This document shows positions 50,923 through 61,884 of a stretch of 64,000 nt of DNA, in pieces. How positions within the stretch are numbered: position 1 is the stretch's first letter; each line of letters starts with the position of its first letter. The notes beneath the pieces were generated by a model, which saw only the letters and a list, made by a program, of their open reading frames with translations, did not search any database and was not told the DNA's origin. The position numbers and the translations under genes are program-made. Where the stretch lies: contig MU619363.1 in NCBI GenBank assembly GCA_025201805.1, forward strand, positions 19,895 to 83,894, in the 5' to 3' direction. This DNA is from Parasitella parasitica NRRL 2501. Taxonomy: Eukaryota > Fungi > Mucoromycota.

Positions 50923-51859
50923 TTGATTTTTGATTTTCCCCATATTAATCGAAATAATAAACTTTAAAACCTTTTTTTTTTTTTTACCAACAAGTGGGAT
51001 CTTTTGTTAGAAAAGAAGGATCTTCCATATGACGCATTTTTCTAACGAACTGTGAGAAATGGTATGATGATATTTTATCCTACTTAACAAAATTAATCAC
51101 TGATTGGATCCCATTCAAAAAAAAAAAAAAAGGAAATGTGATTGTATATGGAAATCTTATTAACCAGCTGGTACGGCATTGTGCCTAGAGCAAAACGTTA
51201 TTCTATATGCGTATTGACAGTGTATCAACATTTGAACAAAATTGATATAACTAAATAGAGAATTGCTCAAATTCTTTTGTTTCCATAAAATTCTGCGTGG
51301 TTTTCCTTGTGTCTCTTTTAAATGAATAAGTTTGATACTGGTGTTACAATAGTGCATACAGTCAGTACAGCTTTCTTCGGATTCTGCAAACTAAGCATCA
51401 TCATCATCACTTAATAAGTTCTAGAACTTGAATTGTATTAGTAACAGTATTTGTTAAAATGTTACGTTATATGTAACCGAGGCGAAAGTGTATGATTTTA
51501 TAAACGATAAGCTGCCAAAAAGCACTTGAAGCTAACACAGCAATGAATCTAAATGGAATTCTCTTTCCAAGATTTGTCTGACTTGGCATTAAAACCAAAT
51601 CTAAAAGCTAAGACGTGTCTAAGAATGATGCATTTAGTTAACGATGACAGCATATATATAACGATTCATTTTTTGGTTCCACAATCATTAATAAGACTAT
51701 ATAATGATGTGTGGCCGTGGATTGAATGGAGCAACTGATAATAAACTATTACGCAATATTGTGGATTAGTTATTTGGAGCAAAAAATTTATTTTTTTGTT
51801 TACATAAACAGTAGTGATTTGATAAACACCCACTAATCTTATAGTTTCCACATGATGTA

Positions 51860-52480
51860 CAAGATCTGTCCACGCTTGACCTTGTCAGCAGGCAATTGAG
51901 CTTTAGTCGACCAAAACCCGATTCTACAGCACGCACGCCCCATTCTGCGACCTTTCAATACTTTGTGATTGCCTTCCACTCGTTGAGCACTTTACCTATA
52001 ACAACCATATTCTTAATTTTGTAAACGTGTCTTGCAAGGAAAGCCCGCATCAGCCAACAATCGATATGGTTCTGGAAGGAGATTTTCATACAAAGTAGAT
52101 GCAATCTCAGTATCATGCCACGATCCAGGACAGTTACCCCAACAGCGTGACAAAAACGTAATAAACACCAGTAAGGAATACGATTAACTTACCTGGCATA
52201 ATCGCGAGATGTAATCCATCAATAAAAGCAAAAATTATGATGTCCCTAGTCCTATTTTCTTAAACTGTGTTCACGAGCAGCATTTCATGAAATTCGGCCA
52301 TTTGAGGTTCCTTAGGCCTGAACACCTTTTCCAGGATATATAATCCAGGTATCTTTGTTCTGCTTATTGAATATGCAGTCGCTCCAAACAGCAAGCAAAG
52401 GATTTCTTGCTTCATTGTATTATGCAGATTCATTATAACCAAGGCCAACGCAAGATTAGCATCCAGTCTAAAGTGGCAAA
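51860..52480 (-). mobile_element. Decayed PIF/Harbinger (DDE_Tnp_4) transposase
   Basis: LCLLFGATAYSISR (HTH), FAFIDGL, NCPGSWHD, LLADAGFP and MGVRAVESGFGRLK, with stops and frameshifts. Confidence 0.8.
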
Positions 52481-53089
52481 TATAGTTATCTTTATTTCTG
52501 ATGGTCACTATCGTGCAAACAATTGAATATGAGAGATACACCAAACTTGCTGCATTGGTGTAATGTCGCTCATGTTTTGACAGCTCGAATATGAGAAACA
52601 AACCCGTATAGCATCCCGACGGTTTGAATATAGCGAGTAACTTTTTTAACTTCCTGAGTTTTCTTTCTTTTGAGATTGACATTGAAGATATGAGGATGAA
52701 AGAAGAAAATAATTGCAAAGTTGATATGATCACTTTGTACGAAGGTCTTTGTGGTGCATTAAGATTTACTCTTGGGCTGATTGCACCAGAAAGCTATAAT
52801 CAAGTCGTTTTCGACCCTTTCTTTTTGTTAAACATTGATAACAATACATATCACTATTAGCTGCTATTCTAAAATTATTCTCTTTATTTATATATAATAT
52901 ATTATTCATTTTGAAATTTAGATTGTTTGCTATATTTCTTTTTGTTCCACTGACCATCATTATAATTAGTTGCAAATTTTTAGTGGGGATTTCCATATTT
53001 GGAGAAAAAGAGCAATTGCTTTGTTTTATTAAGAGTGAAAATACACAGAGAACGTGTTGTAAAATAAGCTATCTACATCATATATTGAA

Positions 53090-53330
53090 ATTCAAGGTAG
53101 TCTTTAAAGAAGGTTACGATTGTCTATTGACAAACATCTGTGATTCTGGGTGTAAGTGTGTCTACTGACTTTGGATCAAAAACCTTTAATTGGATTCAGG
53201 AACGAAGAGCAAGGTTGAAGATAAACACATTTATGTCTTTGAGACATATACAGATTATTTTTTTATGAATGGGTGTCTTATCCTGGTAGCAGATTGTTTC
53301 CTTTTTCTCTGGTAATTCCTTATACTTTCA
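53090..53330 (-). mobile_element. Decayed Tc1/IS630 transposase C-terminal fragment
   Basis: DKTPIH...HKCVYLQPCSSFLNPIKGF*SKV...DTLTPRITD, compared with DNAPIH..CVYLPPYSPELNPIEQFWS in the intact copy at 56.9 kb. Confidence 0.7.
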
Positions 53331-54735
53331 GTTGATCTGGCGTCTTCTAGTGTCAGACAAGTACCAAGCTGGGTTCTCTATATCTAGTTGCACAATAGAA
53401 CAGCTAGTCAAACCTGTGCCATCTTTTCATAATTTGAAATGCTTCAAAAGTGAGTGTCTTTGTAAATCCATTGTAGGTTTTAAGCACCTGATTCCTTTTT
53501 CTTTTTGGGTCTACGTGAGCTTCAGTGTGTTATTGTCAGAAAAAAGACAAAAACTGTAAGAAAACAATGTTTAGCAATCTTAAGCACAAAAACAAGTAAT
53601 ACGGTAATGAGTTAAACTACAAGGCACCTTTTGATTATATATTTGCATAACTTGGAGTAAGTTTTTCACTTTTAAGTTGAAATCAGATGAAGGTAGCGAC
53701 TCCTGACTTTTTTCGGAAAAGTATTTTTCAAAATCGGAGCGTGAGATCGTCAGGCCATGTAAAGACATGCAAGTACTACCATTGAAAAGTCAACAAGTGC
53801 ACTGTTTAAATAAAATAATTTACTGTTTTTCTCTTGAATTGGGTAAGCTATGACTTCTCAAAGCTAATGCTTTCTTCAAAAAACACCATTTTTCTTAGAT
53901 GGCGGAGATTATACGCGTCCAAAAACAGAAAGAAAAAATTCTTTCAAAAACTCCATTTGGATAATTCGAAAACAAAATTACTCCTTTGAGGTAAGATATC
54001 ATTCTTTGATACTATGCATACCACGGCTGTCAGTCTATGATAATAGCTGTATTTTTGGGCGCTCTACACGCTGGTATCATTCCGTAATTCCCGTATGCTT
54101 ATGGAAGAAATTCTGCCGTAAAAACCTTGAAAACAGATTGAGAGGAAAAAGTCAACGTTTTGCTTAATCAGAGCGCTTTTTCAGTCTTTCAGATCAAGGA
54201 ATGGTCTTTTACGATCATTTTCCTCTAATATATGCCATAGTAAAAAGTTGCGTTTTTGATGTCAAAATCGAGAATAATGCTTAATCAATGATTTTGGATG
54301 GGTAGATACAAGGAAAAAATCGAAAAAATCCATCATTTTGCATCGAAAAAAAAATCATGCTCAAATTGCACCAAAATCATATGTAATACAGTTTTTTCCC
54401 GTCGGATACTATTCCTGGCGTTTTCAAGGCATTTTTGATTATCAAAATCAGTCAAAAAATGGCACAAAAAGCTGAAGTTCTTGCTTTCAAGTTTTGTGGC
54501 CCGCTGATGATTGTTTAGTTTCAGGTATCTGAAGTATATGTCGATAGTGTTGGTAAAGAATTTCCATTGTATTATAAAATGGGATAAAGAACCCAAGTAG
54601 TTATTCATTTAAAAATACCTATTGCTCCTGCAAAATGGTTGTTTGATCAAAAATAAAATGATTAGAGCGTCGCAATTTCGCACATCATTATAAAATGTTC
54701 TCTACTCTTGGGCATTTTTAATCTAAAATAGAAAT

Positions 54736-55830
54736 CTAAAATGTGTTTGTATTTAATACTTTTTGTCTCAGGAGACATTCCCCTTCTCTCAGAAACCTCT
54801 TGGCTCTTATCAGAAATAAAAGGTTTTTTTTTATCTGCTTGTAAGTAGGTGTGTCAGACATAGCGATAGTCTCCTTGTCAACAATGGGTTCTTCAGCCTT
54901 CTCGATTTGATTATCAGCGTCAATTGTTAAAACTGTTGTTGCCAATTCCGTGTAGGAGGCAGATGTCTTAGCAGTGTCAATAGTTTCAATATTAGTTACT
55001 GTAGGGGTTGGCTGATTGAGGGATTTGTGGGAAGCATTCAACTTGGCCACTTTCTTTGCCGCCTTTTTAATGTTCCACCAAGCCTCTGGGCAGCTGGCCT
55101 GCAAATGATCGGTGTTACCACAAACGTAACATGTCTTGACTCTTCGTAGCATGGCAGGGCAATTGCCAAAAACATGATCTGTAACATGACAACAACTATA
55201 GCTAGTTTTTATGTTAGTTTAAGTAAGAGTCAATTTTTCATTATCGTCCCAAGAATCAATCCGAGGTTTCAATTCAGCATAAGTCTTTCCAGGTACTTTG
55301 TTTAGAGTGACAAAACCTCGTCCTGTGAACCAGTGTCTGTGCACAGTGTAGAGTAAGCCCATCTCCAAGATTTCACCATAGCGGCTAAAGATGTCATCCA
55401 TATTTTTCTTGATGATCGTTTCATCCTCTCGTAAGGCAGATCACTAATGCTCACTCTAATAATAGTGGCGTCTTTTGGAAAGGTACGACTTACAGTCACT
55501 TTATGTCCTAGTAGGTAAAATCCTTCTTCAAAGCTTCCTCCCTGGCAGCTGCTGTGCGAAAATTAATTTCAAGATATTGGGTTCCTTTGATTGCAGTTCT
55601 AATTCTAAGACTAAGGGCATCCGGATATTGTTCCCGAAGCAAAATACCGAAGTTGACATTGGCCTCTGTGAATTGTGTACCATCAATAACAATAGAGTTC
55701 TTGTCCTTGGCGTGGATGAAGAGCTGTCCACCCTCAGTGATTTGTCCAATTTCCCCTGTCGACTTATGTCCCAAGACAATCTTTCTGTTTGTATTATGTC
55801 CAGTGTTTCCACCAATGAGATTCAGAAACC
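54736..55830 (-). mobile_element. Decayed non-LTR retrotransposon (L1/Tx1-like) ORF1/gag with CCHC knuckles
   Basis: Fragmented frames YLEINF, IRVSISDLPY, FSRYGEILEMGL..WFTGRGFVTL and CYVCGNTDHLQASC; frameshifts; no RT seen nearby. Confidence 0.65.
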
Positions 55831-56729
55831 ATAAAAAGACTGTTTATTAGAAGCATTTTTGGACTGCGTTTTGCTGACGTAGACCCCAACCTTTGGTTTT
55901 TGCGAAAGCTTACATAATTATTGATTGACACGCTTTGTAGCAGCAGGAACCTGTTCCAAACGCTCCGCGGTTGGTACCTAGTTTTTAACTAGGTAAAGAA
56001 GAGGATTTCTCCGACTTCCTGGACGTGGGGTGATTCCTACAACCAAACTCTTCTTGGTAGTCGAGGTATGATGGTTGATCATCAAGCACTTAATCATCGT
56101 GTCATATCTGAGTTTGACCTGTACAAGCAATCACACAAGCTCTGGCCAAATCTGTGTCCGATGCACTCCATGTCTTGTCACCTTACCACTCAAATCTTGA
56201 AATAAATTAACCAACTTGTTTCTTTCTTTTGCTGTCTATGTCCCGATTTATCGATTAGATAAAAACTCAAGTTGAACATTTCAGCATTGTTGATTGCTTT
56301 AAAGCAGTAGGCATTGCTGATCAGAATGCTGCGGAAGAAAAGTTCACTCGCATCGTTATTAACATGTCCAAAAGGAAACAATGCCCTACACAACGATGGG
56401 CTCATGAGCAAATCGATTCCCAGTTCATGGTAATGACATACCTGCACGGCATCGTGTATTGTGATTACAAAGAAAGTCTTATTTGCTGCGATTTAGTACT
56501 CAACGAGCGTTCACTCTAAAGCTATTGGGAAGAAGTTGAAAAAAATAACGCTCATTCATTTCAGTCTAGAAGCTATCTCAAATATCAGCGTGATCTGTTA
56601 AAGGTAGACTTCATAGAATAGCTTAGCTTGAGTTGCTCAACTTCATTTTTAATAGAAACAAGATTCACCATCAACAATTCCTTGCAAAAGGTCAGCCATT
56701 GACTCAGAGGATGATTTCGATGAAACATA

Positions 56730-58428
56730 CACTATTTCCGAAAATTATTGGTGCACTAACAAAAAGCAGTTTGGTGCACCAAAAAAAATCATTTTGAAGC
56801 AGCGACGAAAATCAGTTTGGTGCACTGTCCAAAATGCTTTTGGCGCAGCTGCATAATAAATTTCGTGCAAAAATCAAAATGTATTTGATGCACTTTTAGC
56901 TCTTTTCTTACCACAAATATTAGCTTATTCTATGGATCAATTTATTTTCGAAGATGGGAAAGGAAATCTCTACGATGAGCAGGGTGAATCAGTTGCTGTT
57001 CTCGCTATGGAAGTAGACGACGAACAATATCCTTTGGATAATATAACCAACTTCAGTGACTATATGAACCTGAAGCCACCAGAAAAGCCGATTAAGAAAA
57101 CAAAAGAAGATGGTTTGAAACAAGAAGGTGGAAATGCAGAACCCGAGGAACCCAAGGGAACACGGTATCGATCATACAAGAGCGAAGATAAAGCCAAGTT
57201 CTTCTTTCTCGTATACGAGAAGCAAATGAGCATCCGTGCAGCCTGCAAAATGGTCAAAATCCCTCCCAGCACTGGCCAAAACTGGTACAAGAAGGGTGTG
57301 GAAAGTTTGGAGAATGATGAAGAGCTTTCTCACAAAAAAGTGGTCAAATCGGTTGGAAGACCACCAAAACTTCGTGAGGAGCATAAAGAGGCTTTGATCG
57401 GCATGGTGGATGCCAAACCAGATCTAGTCTTGGAAGAAATGATGGATCAACTGAATGCTCAATTTATGGGTCTTGAAATTCGAAAGTCTGCTTTGCACGA
57501 GTTCTTGACAGAGAAATGCCAATTTTCGCTTAAAAGGGCTCATTTCCACTCGGTAGAGCGAAATAGTCCTGAAAAAATTGAAGAAAGATACAACTGGGTC
57601 AAGCAATGGCAAGAAACTGACATGAATTTTACAAGTAATTGCGTATTTATTGATGAGACTGCATTCCATATCAACATGAAGCGCAACTATGCATGGTCGG
57701 TTAAAGGAGAGCGATCTGTTGTAAAGGTTCCCAAGACCCGAGCAAAAACTACGACAATTATCGGGGCCATATCACCCTTTGGCGTTGTTAATGTTAAGGT
57801 AAAGCTTCCGAAAGTTTATACAGCACCTTCGAAAAAAAGAAAAGCTACAGGTGGCCCTATTCAGACTCAAGCAGGTAAGGGAGGAACTGTAACTGGACAT
57901 TACTTCAATTTTGTCGCTAGCACCTTGGATGTGATGGATAAATATAAGGAGTTTGAAGGCCATTATTTGATAATGGATAATGCACCTATCCACAAAAACA
58001 AAGACATACAATTGTATATTGAAAGCAGAGGGTATAGATGTGTCTATCTCCCACCTTATTCCCCTGAGCTTAATCCAATCGAGCAATTTTGGTCCATTGT
58101 GAAAAGCAAACTTAAAAGAGTGGCACTTTTGGAAGAAGAAACACTGTCCACTAGAATTTCTGATGCTTGTAACAAGGTGATGATCAGCGATCTAGAAGGA
58201 TTTTGCAGATATTCTGCTTCCAAGTGGGATGACTGTTTAGAAAAAAAAAATATATAATAAATCTACACATTTGGTGCACAATGCACCAAGCACGAAATTT
58301 ATTATGCAGCTGCGCCAAAAGCATTTTGGACAGTGCACCAAACTGATTTTCGTCGCTGCTTCAAAATGATTTTTTTTGGTGCACCAAACTGCTTTTTGTT
58401 AGTGCACCAATAATTTTCGGAAATAGTG
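56730..58428 (+). mobile_element. Intact Tc1/IS630-family DNA transposon (1,699 bp), TA target-site duplication
   Basis: Perfect 139-bp TIRs at 56730-56868 and 58290-58428, flanked by TA at 56728-56729 and 58429-58430. Confidence 0.97.
56932..58257 (+). CDS. DD34E transposase
   Basis: N-terminal HTH and GRPPKL, then FIDE, MDNAPIH and LPPYSPELNPIE, with 34 residues between D and E; uninterrupted 441-aa ORF. Confidence 0.95.
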   Translation: MDQFIFEDGKGNLYDEQGESVAVLAMEVDDEQYPLDNITNFSDYMNLKPPEKPIKKTKEDGLKQEGGNAEPEEPKGTRYRSYKSEDKAKFFFLVYEKQMSIRAACKMVKIPPSTGQNWYKKGVESLENDEELSHKKVVKSVGRPPKLREEHKEALIGMVDAKPDLVLEEMMDQLNAQFMGLEIRKSALHEFLTEKCQFSLKRAHFHSVERNSPEKIEERYNWVKQWQETDMNFTSNCVFIDETAFHINMKRNYAWSVKGERSVVKVPKTRAKTTTIIGAISPFGVVNVKVKLPKVYTAPSKKRKATGGPIQTQAGKGGTVTGHYFNFVASTLDVMDKYKEFEGHYLIMDNAPIHKNKDIQLYIESRGYRCVYLPPYSPELNPIEQFWSIVKSKLKRVALLEEETLSTRISDACNKVMISDLEGFCRYSASKWDDCLEKKNI

Positions 58429-58861
58429 TACCAACCATCAAATACGTCCTCAAGTGATTCTACCAAACAACCTGTGCGCCCTGCAAATAGCTACTTCCAC
58501 CTTGCTGGTGCAGGACTGGTTAATTATATCCCTCCCACCAATGCCGAAAAGGCATATATCTTTTAGCTGTGCAGATGGACCAGTGCTGATTTTTTGGGAT
58601 CAAACAATGGATGGCAGACGGCATGGATCTCATAGCCTATTCCTGGGATATTGAACCGGGATCTACGATTAACGTGCACTGTCCATAAACTTGATCTAAA
58701 AATAGACAGCAAGTTGCATTTGATGCGAGTCGAACACATGGACATGAACATGGGAACACTTGATCTGAAGGTGGTTTTTAGAAAATGCTTGTCGTGTATA
58801 ACATTCAAAATAATGCTACAACATCACCTTTTCCTCTCGTTCTCTTAAATTACACATCAAT

Positions 58862-59434
58862 ATGGCTTGCAACGTAAAAACTAGGCTCAATGTGGGCGGA
58901 AAAACCTTCCTTATAGGCTACGATACCATCAAGAAATCTGCTGTTTTACAAAAGAAATATGGAAATAAACACAATGTGGGCACTTTATCTGATACTAGCA
59001 ATGATGCTGGAGACGATGAAGACGATGAAGACGATGAAGAAATTGAACCATTAGATATTTTTATTGACAGAGACGGCCAGCTATTTCAAGGAATTCTGGA
59101 ATATTGGAGATCCCAAACCGTCCCCTCAAAGGATGTAGAGTACTTGAACAAGTTGAGACTCGAGGCCTGTTATTTCTGCGCTCATGATTTGGTTTTGAAA
59201 GTAGATGAAATCCTTAAGGAGAACGACATTAATGACGACGACTTTGAGTATCAGGCCATCCAGCACCCGTTCCAAAGCAATTATCTGATCAAGCCAAGCG
59301 AGGGCGAACTAAAGCCGTTCGAAGAAGATGCCACCATTGTATCTGCGTACAAGTATTGTCTCTCTCCGAATGTGTTTGAATCAAGACTGGTTATCCAGCG
59401 TCCTCGTAAAAGATGCAAACTGGCTGAAAACTAG
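58862..59434 (+). CDS. KCTD/T1-type BTB/POZ domain protein
   Basis: LNVGGKTF...IFIDRDGQLFQGILEYWR...EACYF. Confidence 0.85.
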   Translation: MACNVKTRLNVGGKTFLIGYDTIKKSAVLQKKYGNKHNVGTLSDTSNDAGDDEDDEDDEEIEPLDIFIDRDGQLFQGILEYWRSQTVPSKDVEYLNKLRLEACYFCAHDLVLKVDEILKENDINDDDFEYQAIQHPFQSNYLIKPSEGELKPFEEDATIVSAYKYCLSPNVFESRLVIQRPRKRCKLAEN

Positions 59435-59604
59435 TATTTTATCTGCATAATCTATTGAAATTTGAATAAAGATGATAAAATCAAATGACTGATTAATTTG
59501 ACGACATGCTGGTGTATGTATTCCTAGCTTTTTTTTTTAAAAAAAAAAGCTTGCTGGCCGACACTTGAATTACACTTTATTTTTCGTCTTTACCTCTTGT
59601 TAGA

Positions 59605-60192
59605 ATGATTTCCTCAAATTTGTCTTTTTCCTCCACCGACAGCGAAGATGATATGGACATTGTCAAATTGAATGTGGGCGGTGAACTTTTCATGACATAT
59701 CGTAATACAATAATGAAGTCTGATGCAACTCATCTTATCAATTTGGTGAATCAATCAGCACAAGATGAAATATACATCGATCGCAGTAGTGAGCTGTTTC
59801 AGGATATCATGCTTTATATCAGAGAAAGCGTTATCCTGGTCAAAGATCTAAAGAAGCTTCACGCTCTTGCAAAAGAAGCAGTATTTTACGATACCAAAAG
59901 CATGGTCAGAAAGCTGGAGACAGTCATAGTTGAAGCTGAAGAGTTGCAAAAAAAACAAATGACCAAGCCCAAAGTTGTGCTAAAAGATATCCTTAAAATG
60001 TCTAATACGTTCCAACAATCTACAGTAGCTTCACCAAAGTATAGGATTATTGAAGAACAGGATGGCGTTTCCCAAGAGTACCATCTGATTGATATTGTAT
60101 ATGTTAAGGATATCAACAGATGTTTTGATCATGGTAAGGCTTACTGCTCCTGCTCTTCCACTCCTAAATTAGTCCTGGTATCAAGAGACTAA
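59605..60192 (+). CDS. KCTD/T1-type BTB/POZ domain protein (tandem paralog)
   Basis: VKLNVGGELF...IYIDRSSELFQDIMLYIR...EAVFY; C-terminal CFDHGKAYCSC. Confidence 0.85.
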   Translation: MISSNLSFSSTDSEDDMDIVKLNVGGELFMTYRNTIMKSDATHLINLVNQSAQDEIYIDRSSELFQDIMLYIRESVILVKDLKKLHALAKEAVFYDTKSMVRKLETVIVEAEELQKKQMTKPKVVLKDILKMSNTFQQSTVASPKYRIIEEQDGVSQEYHLIDIVYVKDINRCFDHGKAYCSCSSTPKLVLVSRD

Positions 60193-60304
60193 AATTCGAA
60201 TTCATAGCGACCATAATACTGTATTTTTTTTGGACGAAGTCCAGACTCTTGGAAAATAAAATTTGCGACTTGTTCTTCACCACTTGATCTATCTAACTTT
60301 TTAA

Positions 60305-60583
60305 CGGAAAAAACGTATAACAATTTCCAAAGAAGAGGCCAGCTGTATTTTTTATTGCAGAGCATCCGAAGAAGAAAACGTCAAGATTTGTATCCAAAAC
60401 ATTGAAGTTTCACCAAAAGATGTCGATCTCTGTTATAACAACAATCCACATGAGCTTTGTAGGTTGGGTAAAGTTGGTTCACCTAACTTTTACAAGCTAT
60501 ATAAATCCAAACAAGTAATAATTGAAGAAGCAGCTAAGAGTAATGACAAAGAAGACATAGTACTTAGTAAAGCTAGAAAGTAA
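60305..60583 (+). pseudogene. Start-less small ORF homologous to the 61702-61884 ORF
   Basis: ISKEEASCIFYCRASEEENVKICIQNIE..KDVDLCY aligns by eye with ITREQALCIFFCLEYTESNVDISLQKTE.FKDVNICF. Confidence 0.6.
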
Positions 60584-61124
60584 TTTTTTAAACCTCAATT
60601 CTATAAGAGTTTAGGTGTTTTCAAGATGTTGAGAATTTGGAATGATTCTCACTTTGGTATCGGCAGTGGAGAGTCCATAATTTAGATGCACATGTCCTGT
60701 GAAAAGAAAACCAGCAAAAAGCAGTGATGCTGTAGTGATTTTGCTGGCGAATATGACACTATCGTCCATAACACACCATCTTTAAGAGACATCCAAAGCT
60801 GCAAAATAGGTTGCTGAATTCACAAAATGTGCTACTATGTCCTTATAAGATACAGAAACTATATAACGTGAGTCAAAAAGATATTCCTCTGGTGGTCGAT
60901 ATTTATAATAACCATTTGGAAATTCACATACAAATTTGACAAAAAAGCTCCTTTGGGGTCTAGTCGGTGGTTGAACCAGGCCAACCCGAACGAAAAACAT
61001 CAAAGACGGGAAAGGAAGCTAGAAGCAGAAGCAGACAGTTAAAGGTTCTAGATGACACGTTCTATAGTAAGTTTAAAAATGAGGTTAATAATAAAAAATA
61101 GCTAATTCTTGTTTTATAGTTTCT

Positions 61125-61610
61125 GTAGTAGAGACCGTGTTTGATGTATTGCCAAGTTTCCATTCAAAAATAGGTGTTATGAATAAAGACGGATACCAAA
61201 GAAATAGGTATTGCAAAGAATCCATTGCTGGTTTCACCCAGTAATTCAACAATTTCGAAAATGTGATTTGGAAAATAAGGATGTCAAATTAAATAGTGTC
61301 CATGGCAACACAACAGATTTATTGAAGTTCCTCGACAACAATATCAAAATCTGTGTCATAGCCATTGACTATGCAGGTTTAACAACCAACATGACAGATC
61401 TCAAAAAACTGTCAAGGTAGCAAAGAGCGTAAATTCTAAAATCAGTAATAAATTTATAAGAATCTTGTATCCAGAGACAACTCAAGCCTGCAAAAAATAT
61501 CTATCGATCAGTACTTTTATGACAATCGGTTCAAGTATTTCGATAGTGTCCAGCTGCTGAATAATCCTGAAGATCTTAAACTGTTTAATTGTCACCCAGC
61601 TTCAAAATAA
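61125..61610 (+). pseudogene. Decayed serine-recombinase (resolvase)-like gene with a spliceosomal intron (61417-61474)
   Basis: GYQ..YCKES (YxRxS-like), GNTTDLLKFL, ICVIAIDYAGLTTNMTDLKK|DNSSLQKISID...LKLFNC; frameshifts and a probable internal deletion. Confidence 0.45.
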
Positions 61611-61701
61611 AGGGGTAAATACAATTGAAATCACAAAATTTGAGTTTTCTAATCTGCATAGTTTTCTACCAAATGCAAGCTGCTACGATGTTTATTATAT
61701 C

Positions 61702-61884
61702 TCAAAGGGTTTGAATTAGTTCTTTCATCTCAATGTAATAGAGGTTTGTATGGATCTTTTCGAAACAAATGTTGACATCTTTAAAGCTTTCCGTTTTTTG
61801 GAGACTTATGTCTACGTTTGATTCAGTATACTCGAGGCAAAAGAAAATACATAGTGCTTGTTCTCTTGTTATGTTTTCGACCAT
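61702..61884 (-). CDS. Small Cys-containing hypothetical protein (possibly truncated)
   Basis: ATG-initiated 60-aa ORF with an internal paralog at 60305-60583. Confidence 0.5.
   Translation of the reverse strand: MVENITREQALCIFFCLEYTESNVDISLQKTESFKDVNICFEKIHTNLYYIEMKELIQTL

Noticed and set aside
58984-59289. Two TTATCTGAT motifs within the first BTB gene
   Set aside because: They are inside coding sequence and within chance expectation for the window.
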